Assembly: GCF_046119375.1 (NCBI RefSeq)
Contig: NW_027362768.1
Coordinates: 289,664,001 to 289,728,000, forward strand
Source: Phyllobates terribilis
Taxonomy: Eukaryota
DNA: 64,000 nt
Reading direction: 5' to 3'
Of the stretch, positions 1 to 12,600 are shown in pieces. A program made the position numbers and the translations under genes. Every line of letters begins with the position of its first letter. Within the stretch, counting starts at the first letter, position 1. The notes under the pieces are model-generated. The model had not been told where the DNA came from. It ran no database searches and saw only the letters and a program-made list of their open reading frames with translations.

Positions 1-1021
1 TCCTGCATTAGGAGGAACCCAGGGCCAACCGCACCAGCATATGGTCTCACAAGGGGTCTGAGGATCTCACCTCGGTACCTAATGGCAGTCAGGCTACCTC
101 TGGCGAGCAGATGGAGGGCTGTGGGGCCCTCCAAAGAAATGCCACACCATTACTTGACCCACTGCCAAACCGGTCATGCTGAAGGATGTTGCAGGCAGCA
201 GATCGCTCTCCACGGCGTCTCCAGACTCTGTCACGTCTGTCACATGTGCTCAGTGTGAACCTGCTTTCATCTGTGAAGAGCACAGGGCGCCAGTGGTGAC
301 TTTGCCAATCCTGGTGTTCTGTGGCAAATGCCAAGTGTCCTGCACGGTGTTGGGCTGTGAGCGCAACCCTCATCTGTGGACGTCGGGCCCTCATACCACC
401 CTCATGGAGTCGGTTTCTAACCGTTTGTGCAGACACATGCACATTTGTGGCCTGCTGGAGGTCATTTTGCAGGGCTCTGGCAGTGCTCCTCCTGTTCCTC
501 CTTGCACAAAGGCAGAGGTAGCGGTCCTGCTGCTGGGTTGTTGCCCTCCTACGGCCCCCTCCACGTCTCCTGGTGTACTGGCCTGTCTCCTGATAGTGCC
601 TCCAGCCTCTGGACACTACACTGACAGACACAGCAAACCTTCTTGCCACAGCTCGCATTGATGTGCCATCCTGGATGAGCTACACTACCTGAGCAACTTC
701 TGTGGGTTGTAGAGTCCGTCTCATGCTACCACGAGTGTGAAACCACAACCAACATTTAAAAGTGACCAAAACATCAGCCAGAAAGCATTGGTGCTGAGAT
801 GTGGTCTGTGGCCCCCACCTGCAGAACCACTCCTTTATTGAGTGGGTCTTTATAATTGCCAATAATTTCCATCTATTGTCTATTCCATTTGCACAACAGC
901 ATGTGAAATTGATTGTCAATCAGTGTTGCTTCCTAAGTGAACAGTTTGATTTCACAGAAGTTTGATTTACTTGGAGTTATATTCTGTTGTTTAAGCGTTC
1001 CCTTTATTTTTTTGAGCAGTG
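1..1021 (-). mobile_element. Tc1/mariner element, 5' part (cut by window edge), defective transposase
   Basis: Minus-strand terminus TA|CACTGCTCAAAAAAATAAAGGGAAC at 1021. ORF 680..919 ends [14 protein letters not shown] at an in-frame stop, and ORF 89..658 continues the same frame with the HTH region and VLFTDESRF (first D of the DDE triad). Confidence 0.9.
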
Positions 1022-1271
1022 TAGTTAAAGAAGGAAGAGAGCTGCCCTTATCTCAAGCTACACTATATTGACAAAATGTCCAAGGTAGTAGAGGATCTAA
1101 GACTTGTAAAACTAGTTAAAATCTAGCTTCCCGAATTCTAGCTCCTCTAGTGTCTCGGAAATTTTCCTTTACCGGGACTAACTCTCCTGCATACTTCTGT
1201 GCGCCGTATCTTTTGTGACTACTGGCCAGAAGGAAGGTGAGCTGAATTACTTTCTTTTTGTTTTATACTAT

Positions 1272-3230
1272 ATAGACAAAAGTATTGGGACACCCTATGT
1301 TTTTCTTTCATTTCCATTTCCACAGGTGTATAAAATCCGGCCTCTCACCACGCAGTCTGCCTTTACTGACATTTGTGACAGAATAGCTCGTTCTAAAGTG
1401 CTCACTGAATTTGAGCTGGTCCTGTAATAGTTTCAAAGTTTTAAGGTTGAAAGAAGACACAAATCTATCAAGTTCAACTAATAACATAACATGTCAATCT
1501 AAAGAAAGCAAAACCCCCAAGAGCAAAGGTGTATTTGGGTTTTCCTGCATCGGTTAAAAAAATTCAGTTTGACATCCCCTCCTATACATAGCTTAAAGGG
1601 GATATCTTTACTTTATTTTTTTGCTTTACAGTGTGCTCTTGAATAATTACTTCTCACTGTGCTCTATGCACAAAATATAACCCTAACACTGTCCATTTTA
1701 TGGTACATGGCCTCTCCTTTTTATACTAGGCCTTTCTTCACACTGTTCCCTCACACTGTGTCCCCTCTATTCTGCCCACTCTCTATATTGTCCCCTCACA
1801 CAACCAAATCTGTATACTGTGCCACCTCACACTTTTCTCTACATATACAGTCCCCTCACACTACCTCCATACTATCTCCTCACACTATTCTCCCTCATAC
1901 TGTTCCCTCACACATTTCTTCCCTCACACTATCCCTTTACACTTTTCCCCCACACTGTCCCCTTACACTATCCCCCCATACTGTCCTGTCATACTTCCCT
2001 CCATACTGTCCCTTCACTCTATAGTATTTCCCCCATACTGTCCCCTTATACTATTCCTCCCATACTCTCTCCTCACACTTCCCCCATACTGTCACCTCAC
2101 ACTTTTCTCCCATACTGTCACCACACACCCCATACTGTCCTCTCTCACGTCCCCAATACTGTGCCCTCACACATTTCCCACCTTATACTGTTCCCTCACA
2201 CTCCTCCCCATGCTGCCATCACACACTCCCCCATACTGTCCTCTCACACTTCTCCATCCCCCTCTACAATCAATTGTGAGTGGTATTCTTGAAAAGTAGA
2301 AGAGTTTAGGAAATAAAGTGGAGACCATCTAAAGTTACAGATCAGGTTTGCAGAATGCTGAGTAACAGAGGGCATAAAAGTCATCACCGTTCTGCTGACT
2401 CTATAACTGCAGAGTCCAAACTATCTCTGGCATTAACACCGGCACACCAGCACAAAAACTGTGCACCAGGAGCTTCATGATATGGGTTTCCATGGCTGAG
2501 CACCTGCATGCAAGCTTTACATTACCAAGCACAATACCAAGTGTTGGATGGAGTGGTGTCAGCTCACCAGTGGTCACCACCATTGGACTCCGGAGATGTT
2601 GAACTGTGTTGTGTGGAGTGATGAGCTATCTGAAAGCCTGATGGACAAGTCTAGGTTTGGTGAATGTCAGGAAAACATTACCTACCTGACTGTATAGTGC
2701 CATCTGTAAGGGTTGCTGGAAGAGGGAAAATGCTATTGAGCTGTTTTTCAGGGGTCGCCTAGGTTCATTAGTTTCAGTAAAGAGAAATCTTAATGCTTCA
2801 GCAAACAATGCATTTTGGACAATTGCAGTTTCCAACTTTGTGGGAAGACTTTGCTCTTCCAGCATGACTGTGCCCAGTGCACAAAGCAAGGTTCAAAAAG
2901 ACATGCTTGGGTGAACTTGATGTGAAAGAACTTGACTAGACCATATACTGGCCCCAACCTCAACCCTATTAAACACCTTTGAGATGAACTAGAACATAGA
3001 TTGTGATCCTGGCCAACTTGTACAACTTTGGTGTCTGACCTCACAAATGCTCTTCTGGATGAATGGGCAAAATCTTTGGACAGACTCCAAAATCTTGCAG
3101 AAAAACTTCCCAGAAGAGTGGAAGCTTTTATAGATGCAAAGGGTCCGATCCATATTAATGCCAATGGATGTTGAATGGGAGGTCAGAAAAGCTGCTGTAG
3201 GTGTAATGTGTAGATGTTGCAATATTTTAG
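1272..3230 (+). mobile_element. Degenerate, interrupted Tc1 element
   Basis: TIR-like tatagacaaaagtattgggacaccc at ~1270. A decayed transposase at ~2390-3170 (ELHDMGFH..., WSDE, WPSQSPDLNP-like ctggccccaacctcaaccctatt) is broken by indels and by the 1720-2260 repeat. Confidence 0.7.
1720..2260. repeat. Degenerate pyrimidine-rich tandem repeat (~20-bp ccccatactgtcccctcacac-like units)
   Basis: Visible reiteration. It explains the low-complexity ORFs 1659..2024 and 1819..2292. Confidence 0.8.
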
Positions 3231-3589
3231 ATATTTCTTATAATGTATCAGTGCTGATCCCAGAAGATTAATTTGTGACTTGAGTTCAGCACAAGAGCGA
3301 GTGCTGAAGGGGGCTTACTGACTGGACGCTTTCAGTAGCCATACCAGCCCGCTTCTTTCTCAGGACTTATGGAAAGAGAGGAAAAGGGGCTGGTTTAATA
3401 TAATGTGAATGAGCAATGGCGCTATGTAAATAGTGTATGCTTACTATGATAACGGCATAGCGTGTCTTGCAAGTTCAGTTTAGCGTTGCAACATGTGTAT
3501 ATTTTTTTTCTACTGGAAAACACCTTTAAATATTTTTTTTTAATTATTATTAATACAGGGTAGACATAGCTGCAGTCATCCAACTGATC

Positions 3590-3621
3590 ATGTCTCTCCC
3601 TCGTCAGCTAAGGGATGAAAG
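3590..3621 (+). CDS. ncf4: ncf4 coding exon 1 ([11 protein letters not shown])
   Basis: atcATG start with A at -3, 32 coding nt, donor AG|gtaagt. Same length and phase as the human first coding exon. Confidence 0.9.
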
Positions 3622-6600
3622 GTAAGTGACATACAGTTTATCAGAAATCAATGACATAATCTAAACAGCATAAAAGTCAATATTTGCACCCATTTTTGTT
3701 AATATTCCAATACATTTTAAATTAAAAAAAAAGAAACATTGCAAAAACTTTTGTGCATAAAAATATCTAACCGTCTTGCACCTATTCTGAATTATGTGGG
3801 TGACACAAATACAAGATTACATAGGAGCTGCGGATAGAAAAAAACAGAAACTTTCTAATTTTAAGTACTGGTTGAAAAAGTTGCATAAATAGAAAATTAA
3901 TGAAAGACCATCCCAAAGATATGACAGCCCCTATGCTGAATTTTAGGAACAGAGGCTAGGGGGAACATTTTGAAGCCATCATCTTGGGTACCAAGACACC
4001 TTGCCCCACCCTTACTAGCTGCTGTCAGTTTCTGGGTTTGTTAGATCACGGTTTTCAAATTGACTCAGTCCAAAACATAACTCCAACTTAGAAGGTTTGG
4101 GGATTCAGTTTAAGGCTTGTGAGAACAGAGAAATACACAGGCTTGTGATTTCCAACAATCTCCAGTGACTGCTGGAGTGTTTGTATATTTTATACCCTTC
4201 GTGAATATAGGGGTTCCGAATGATAGCAAATAGCAGTATTCTAATAACTTAAAGTCACTCCATGTGTCCACCCAGCTTGGTCATCAGTGCTTTGTTTTAA
4301 TGTGTTCTTGGGAGATCTACCACACCCTATGAGATTTGGCAGGTTCGGACCGATGTCGCAACGCAGCTGGCGGCTCTCCCGACCTGAGCGTGACAGCTTC
4401 ATGTATTTCTATGCAGCTGTAACATGCAGCTGTAACATTCGGGTCGGGAGAGCCACTGGCCAGTCCCTACACTCGGTCTAGTTTACACTGGCATCTGACT
4501 GCGCCCTAACACTGCATATCTGTGCGACCATTAATAATGAAACTGCTTTTAACTACAGTCAATTTAAAAAACATCCTGGGGGCACATCCACCATAGTGTG
4601 GCAGCAACCTGTTAACCCACACCTTTTGCCACCCATATACATTAGGTGAAAGTCATCCTAACCTGCTCATTGTGGCAGGATTGGCTGACCATCTAATGTC
4701 TATGGGGGCCTCATGTTTCTCTGCAACAATCTCTAATCGTAGATTGTTGCATATACCTGCAGATTAACAGCAAAATCTGCGTCAAGGGAAAAAAATTACT
4801 TTCAACCAGGAAATAAAATAAAAAATAAATAAAAAGCCCACTATAATCACCTCCATTGGCACCTCCATGGCTCCGTTGCATTGTCCCCCACCAGTCTCAG
4901 TACCACCAGGCCACTGGCGGACACAGACAGAAAAGGGCCCCTGTGCAAGAACAATATATGGGCCCTTTGCAGCCCAAGAGCTCCTAAAAATGCTAAATTG
5001 CACCTGCTTTGGAGATAGAAATGGGCCCCCTTACCTCTTGGGCACCTGTGCTGCCGCACAGGTTGCACCAATGATATGTTAAACCCTGCACCAGGCCTCC
5101 TACTGTGACGCTCACAGCCCTCACTCTGGGAAGTGGGGTTACTCGGAGCCAGGTCAGATGTTGGGGGAAGCAGTCGTGGCCTGGACCGGTTCGGTGTCCA
5201 GGGCCGTCACATTAAAAAAAGATGTAATGGGCTTTCAGGGTTGAGTGGTATTTCGACTACGCCATCTGTGGTGTCTGGTGATGGCCACCAGCGCTGCTGC
5301 AGTCCTCTGAGGCGGGTTGTAATGGCAGCCGAAGATGGTACTACTCCCCACAGGCGGAGCAGGGCCTCAGGGCAGAGACGAGGATGGAGGGAGTCGTAGT
5401 GTAGAAGTTCTGGTGCTGTGTGGTGCGGTGAAGAAATAAAGAGTCCGGAGGCCATAGGGGTAGACTTCCAGGGTTTTTACTCACGGTGGAGAGTACAGCT
5501 GCAAGGCTTCTCCCTGCTCCTCACGGAGTTCTGCGGTCACCAGGGACGGGGGTCCGACAACCTCCGAATAATTCCAGTGCTTAATCAGGACCCCACTCAG
5601 AGTGTTCCTAAACTTCAGACTGAGTCCTCTCCTGTCTGTTTGTGTGTAGATAGGCCAGGTCTCCCTCTGGACTATGCACAGAACAAGGGTACGGGTGGCA
5701 GCTCCGCTCCGTCCGTTACCCGGTGGGATCCTCAGGGCCTACCCGGGCTTCCCTGACCAGGACGTAGAGTAGCAAGATCAGATGTCGGGGGCCGTTACCC
5801 CTTTTGCAGCCGGAATCCCTCTGACTAGATCAGCATAGAGAGGACAGGTGGCGTACACCGGTCCGTCTGCATCCTCCCTGGGATCCATTTGCGGTGGAGC
5901 TACACTCTTAAGCTCCGGGCCTTCTTGGTCATGGTTCTTGACCGGGTTGAGACATTCATTATCTGCAACCTGCCCCTCGACCCAAGGCCAGGGTACGAAG
6001 GCTGTGTCTCCATCCTCTGCAGGTCCACACAGGATCCACTCTCAGGGAGGGAGATCACATTACAAGAAAAGTCAAAAGAACCAAGAGCCAAGATGGCTGT
6101 GTATTAAATATCAAATATTAAGTGTAAACTAAATGTGAGTCCTCCACCCTCACCCACTACATTGGTTCCCCTAACTTTTGGTTCCCCAGTCTCCCAATTC
6201 CCAGTAGGGATAGCACACTAGTGCCTATTAGCTCCCTCTGGTGGGAGAAGTGTGGTGTTGGATGTGAAGGAAGGGTCCTTACCATCGCACTGTTCTTACC
6301 TCAGAGGAGGAACACTACACCCCATTAAAGAGGTGCAGCATCCCTGTGGCGGTCAAACCCTCAGGGGCGCCACACTACGATGTTGACTCATTCCATGGAG
6401 GGCTGCAGGTCACCTTGGAACATCATTGCAGGAGGCCTAGTTATACTGAGACTGGTGGGGGACAAGGCAACAAAGCCATGGAGGGGGTGAATATTGTGTT
6501 TTTTTACTCATGCCCTGTCATTTTTCGCAAGCTAATCAACTGCAAAATCCACACCTTTTGATGCAGATTTACTGCTGTATATTATTGAAAAATTCTGCTG

Positions 6601-9600
6601 TGTGAACATAACCTTAAAGGGCCTCTTGATGCTGATGACGCTGCATCTATACAAAGCTGCCAGATCGGAAGGCATCATGCACTCATCCTATTCATAAGAA
6701 TATTACAGGTTTGCAATCCTCGTAGATATGTGTACACGTGACATAATCAGTGCCGCTCAGCTCCTGATGAGGAAGTAAACGGTGCCAGAGAACCCTTTAA
6801 ATGGGCATTCTCCAGTGTAAACAACCAGAACGGGGAACTTTTATCTCCGATGGGGCACTTTTATCCCAGTTTGGATGGGGCGGCAATGTGCATATCCGAA
6901 CACCTCTCAATTCATTCTCTATGGAGCTCCTAAAAAAAGCTGAGCGCAGGGGATGAGAATGTGCACTGCTGCTCCATTCTAACTGGAATAAAAGTGCCCC
7001 ATTCTGCCAATCGCCGGGGGTCCCCGCGGTCAAACCCACAACGATCAATAAGATATCACCTAACTGGGAGCATAAGTACAACTTGCACAGTGTGGTCACA
7101 GTAACATCAGGGAGGGAATTATGACCTGATCCTGGTAATGCACCCCCACCCTCGACAACGCAACCGATCTCCATTCCACATCCCACTGCACTGCTCTCCA
7201 AATTAAGGCAAAATACATCATCTTAAGTAGTAAATTTACTTACATTACAGGACAGTAGAAGATGCCGTGGTGTTCTGAAGGTGGTGAAGACTGCAGAGGC
7301 TTGCCCAGACATTGCATCCCCAAAACTGTGCCCATGTCCCAACACCACTGTATCTCTTCCCTCCAGCCACTACACTCCTCACTACTCCCTCTTGAGTGCA
7401 CTAGATCAGCGGTGTGCAATAACAAAGTGGTCACAGAAGCATTTAATTGTGGTGTAAGTGTTGTACTTACACTTAAATGGTGCACTGCAGGGCGAGGTAA
7501 CCCTGGCTTGCTGGAGGTGTGCAGGGTCAGCAGCCTGGGGTGCTTCCTTAGTGGTGCTGTGAGTATATTTAGCTGTGATTGGTGGAGGAACATCACAGTG
7601 ACTGCTGCTCCACCAATCAGAGCAGCACTCAAATCACACATACCGCAGAAGAGCTACTTCCCTTCAGCTTACTGCTAATAGCACCCCCTTGCCCTACCCC
7701 AACCTTCCGCTCTTGAGATGCTAATTTAGTAGAAGTCAGAGAGGAGGATGGGGGGAAAAGATAGAAAAATAAAATAAAAAAAATTCTAGATATTTAACAC
7801 CACCTCTGGCAATCTGCCGCCCTAGGCACTTGACCTCCTGCATCTATTGGCAAATACGACCATACATAGATGTGTTCTGGTTAACTGATCACTTACTAAG
7901 TCAGCACCAAGTCAGTAGTTGCTTTTTACATTATCTGTCCAGTGCAGATTAGACAATTACTGTGTGTGGTTATACAGATATATATATTCATTATAACATC
8001 TGTTACTCATTTGTGTTTCTGATTTTTATGTACTTTGTTTTCATTGCACTAGTGACTTTGAGCAGCTTCCAGAAGATGTTGCTGTGTCCGCCCATATAGC
8101 AGATATAGAAGAGAGAAGTGGTTTCTCAGTATACTATGTAAGAAAAATTTATATCAGAGTATTCCTCTTTTCCCCAAAAGAACATAAATTATACTATCTG
8201 CATATAAAAGGATGGGGACCTGGGGACCTTTAAATTGTGGCTCATAGATCTTAAAGAGGCTGTCCAGACAATGAAACATTTATAAAAGGGCTTAGACTGA
8301 TTAAAAATTAAAAATAGTAACCTCAACAATACCTTGCAGCTCCCTTTCTGATGTTTACCATGTCCCCGTGGTCTCTACTTCCTGTACCATCTTGAGACAC
8401 CAGAAATGTCCAGAATTGCCTGCTCAGCTAATCAAAGACAGAAACGGGTCACCTTTGTGGCCAGTAATTGGCTGATTGGACTTCCGGTGTGCAGGAAGTG
8501 GAAACCAGCAGGAACCAGGTAAACCTCAGAACTGAAGCTGCGTGAGATAGGCAAATGTTCCATTCCACAAGACTGAGCCCTATTAAATACTTTTCATCCT
8601 CTGGACTACCCCTTTAAGGTAGATGTAAACCATACCTGTCAAAGGATCTAGTAATTTCAGCAGACAGTCCCTTACCATCTGAAGCAACAAAGGTTGAATT
8701 TTTCACACTGCGTCTTTTTCCACCTATTAAAAACATTTGTTTTTCAAGTGGAAGACTGTTCAGAAAATTGCTTGTCTCTGTTTTTTTTTTTTTTTTAGGT
8801 GAAAACAGTTAACAAAATGCTCAAAAAGTTGGCTAGATATCTTCTGGCCATTTTTGTTAGCTTTTCCATTCACTTCTGTTGTAAAGTAAAGAGCATCTTC
8901 CTAGTGGAAAAAAAACTGAATAATGGACGTGACACTTTTAACTGCTTGGCAGTTTTGAAAGACTGAGCATATGAACAGCAATCTCCATAGAAATTAATGA
9001 GAAGATTCTTCTGAGCACTTTTTCAAAATTTTTAGGAGCGGAGCTGCTCAAAAATGCTGGGAAAAAAATGCAGTGTGAATACAACCTTATTTGTACACAG
9101 AAGATCTTGAGCTTCCTTTTTGAGCAGGTCTGGTTTTTTTTAAAACAAGAAAACTTAAAGGCTATGTGCCTACCAGGGCTCAAAATAGACCAAGCATATA
9201 AATGAAAATCATCCATTTTTTCTGGATGAAATTTGGACGATTTTTTTTATACACTTTTGAGAACCCGGCCTTTTAGACATTATCAGTAAATCTTCCCCAA
9301 AGACAATTGAAAAACTGTAGAAAATGGTAAATGAAACTTTTTTTTTTTACAAATAAAACAGAAGCCCGATGTAGATACAAAAATTCACGCACACGAGTGT
9401 TATACAATAGTACATTTATTGCACTCAAAAGGGTTGTTCAGGATTTTATATTCTTGACATATCCTTAGGATAGGCCATCAATATTAGATCGTTGGGTGTC
9501 CATCTCTTGGTAGGTACCAAAGCTGATGTAGTGATGAGCGAGCGTGCTTACACAAATATTTTGGGCGCGCTCGAGTAATGTTTGAGCTCTCGCGATTGCA

Positions 9601-12600
9601 TGTTTCGCGGCTTTTAGACAGCCACAAACATGCGGGGATTGCCTAACAAATAGGCAATCCCCGCATGTTTTGCTGCTGTCTAACAGCAACGAATCATGCA
9701 GCTGCAGGGACTTGAACATATTACTCGAGCACGCCCGAAATACTCGGATAACACCCGAACATGCTCGGATAACACGATACCCAAGCACGCTCGCTCATCA
9801 CTACTGATCAGCTGTTTGAAGGAGTTCTCCACCCAAGTGAGCACTTCCGCTTCTTTATTGTTTACACTGTTTCATACACCAAAACATTGAACATAATGAA
9901 TACAACAAAACTGACTTGCCCAGCACAATGGCTAATAAATACATGGTGTCCAGAATGTACTGAAAGTTTGGCCCCCCCGTCTATTTTTTATTGATGGTCT
10001 ATTTTAACTCCTTCCTGTTCCGTGATGACATACTATTGCATCATGGAGAAGGTGTATAGAATTGCAGGTTTTTTTTTTTCACCATTTCAATCCCTGTTTT
10101 TTTAGTATATCATATGGTAAAGTGATAATGTCATTCATAACTACAACTTGTTGCCCAAAAATCAACCTCTCGTAGAGCTGCTGTATGCCAATGGAAAAAT
10201 AGAAATGTGGCTCTTGGACAAAGTGGACGAAAAGAAACAAATCTCAGAGATGAAAATTGTCTGCTTTCTCAAGGGTTTAAGGACAGGTCATCAGTATTAA
10301 AATGGCAGAAACTATTTTTTCATTCGGTGCCTTTCCGTACCACCCCATACCACCGATTTCATAAGCAGTATGTTTTTATTGTGACAATTCTTCTAAAACT
10401 GTGAGAGCTATGTGGAGCACTATACCGTGGCACTTTGAGTCCATAATCATGAAGCCTAAGTCATGAAAAAACTCTGTTATGACTATGTGCATGCGGATTC
10501 AGCATGAAATCAGCTTGAAAAAGATCCTTAAAAGCACCCCAAAAAATTAACATAGTGGACAGTAATGTCAAAATGACATTGCTGTGCACATGCTCTGTCT
10601 TATGTCACTTCTTTTACCTGCTTCAAGGTTCGGAACCCCTGAAGCGGGTAAAAGAAGTGACATTCTCATTCTTCAGACGGCTTTTGTTCGGAAGCTGCCC
10701 GCTCTCTCTACTTCACAGTATAAAGCCGGAGCCGCTGCAAGAACGACAGCAAAGGCGAACCTCGCGAAACCACTTCAGGAAAACAGGCACCAGCCTAATT
10801 GCTACTCGAATTGATGTAGTTGTTTGGAAAATATATTTGCAACTTTTTTGTGATCCCAATCTCATCACTATTGCCCCAAGGATGCTGTGTGACTAAAGGT
10901 CATTGCTTGCTGCTCAGCGAACTTATTAGAGCATCAAAGCAAAATTTGATCTTTGACCCAAGTGACCACTGTCTTTGTACATCTCAGATGATCTTTCAAC
11001 TCATATCTAATAATCCAAGGAAATCCTACTTGAATTTAAATTATGTTTAGTGATGATCTCTATATCTTCTTCCATCACAGTAAGATCACTGATCCTTGGG
11101 TTATAGTGGTCACCAGTCATGCACAGTGTAGGAAAGACAAAGTGTGACATGAAGGGATGAGGGGAAGGGAGCCCAGATACTAGGAAAAGGTGGAAGTGGA
11201 GACCTCCTAGGCTGATCTGCAATCACCCTGTCTCTCCCTACCGAGGTTCCTCACCAATCTCCGCACAGGCACCTATCCCTGTATTTCCCTAGCGCTTGGC
11301 CCTGGATAGGGAAGAGGGGGGAAGTAGCTTAGCTTGAGTTGAATTCAGAGAGATGGCACACACGTCCTCTTAGCACCAGAGAGGAAGTAAGAACTGCACT
11401 TGCTCCAAGCCTTCACAAGGGGTCATGTGAATATCACCGGCACCTCTGTGTAGCAACCAGGAAGTATTTAAACACCCAGGCCTAATTGTCAATTAGAGCA
11501 GGAGGGAGGTAGCCGCTGGGTCCTAGAGTGAGACAGCTAAGAAGGTGTCTGTAATGCCAAACAAAGAGATCTCCTGCAACCAACTGCAGGGCGACTGTCT
11601 GTCACATCTGACACACCCATGACATCACCACTGTTATTTATTTCAATTGCTATTGCAGACATTTGTGATTGAGGTCAAAACAAAAGGTGGATCTAAGTAT
11701 TTCATATATAGAAGATACAGCCAGTTCTTCACTCTGCACGCCAAGCTTGACGGCAATTATGGGCCTGAGAATGGCACAGTCCCTTATATCTGCACCCTCC
11801 CACCATTACCTGGTAAGTAGACATAGTATTTCCAGTTGGTTCAGATCACGCAGTGAATGAGTAATTGAATTACTTGATCTCTTGGGGACTGATCGAGCAG
11901 TTCTTTGTTTTCTGGCAATGAGCTTTGGTCAGTGCACTCTGTACCTTTAGTCAATGACCATTGTCATGGGACCTGCATTTCTCCGTAGCCTAATTTAACA
12001 TTTACTTGTTGTGTGAGCTGTTATGTGAGCCTTGCCCAGTGTAATGGATTTAATAACCTTGTCTTGCAGGAAAGATTTATGTTGGGAACAAGAAGGAAAT
12101 TGCTGAGAGTCGCATTCCGCTTTTGAATGCCTATATGAAGGTATAGTGGCTACAATCCATTACCTTCCAATACCGTCCTCCATACAAAAAATAACCAATT
12201 ATTTAAAGAGGTTATCTGGTTAGAAAACACATTTCCATTTGAAAATACTTTAGTAGGGAATTCTGTATTAATAGAAGGACCCTCATGTATTAGCGAGAGT
12301 CAATGGTGGCTGTGGCGCCCTTGAGGGTTCAGTTGCCATAGAGGTACTGCACCTCATCCAGAGGTGTGGTGTCTCCCTTCTCTCAGGTAAGGAGGGAGTG
12401 CTGCACAGAACCCCAAACACCTGCATCCAACACTACACTGCTCCAGGCCGGCTGGAGGGGCAACATGCAGAGCGCTGCTGCTGAGCCCTGACCCTGGCTG
12501 GAGTGGGGGGAACCCAAAGGTAGGGGGAACCAGTAGTGGGTGTGGGTGGAGGAAGTAGTTAGAGGGAGAACTTTGGTAGGAGTATAAAATAGGGAAGCCA

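Noticed and set aside
1659-2292. Pro/His/Thr-rich ORFs
   Set aside because: They arise from a low-complexity tandem repeat.
3360-3400. PU.1 promoter site (gagaggaaaagg) upstream of the ncf4 ATG
   Set aside because: It is only a partial match in a purine run, the TSS is unknown, and chance occurrence is likely.
6760-6800. CTGATGA as a hammerhead core
   Set aside because: No stem II followed by GAAA and no NUH or stem I pairing can be drawn.
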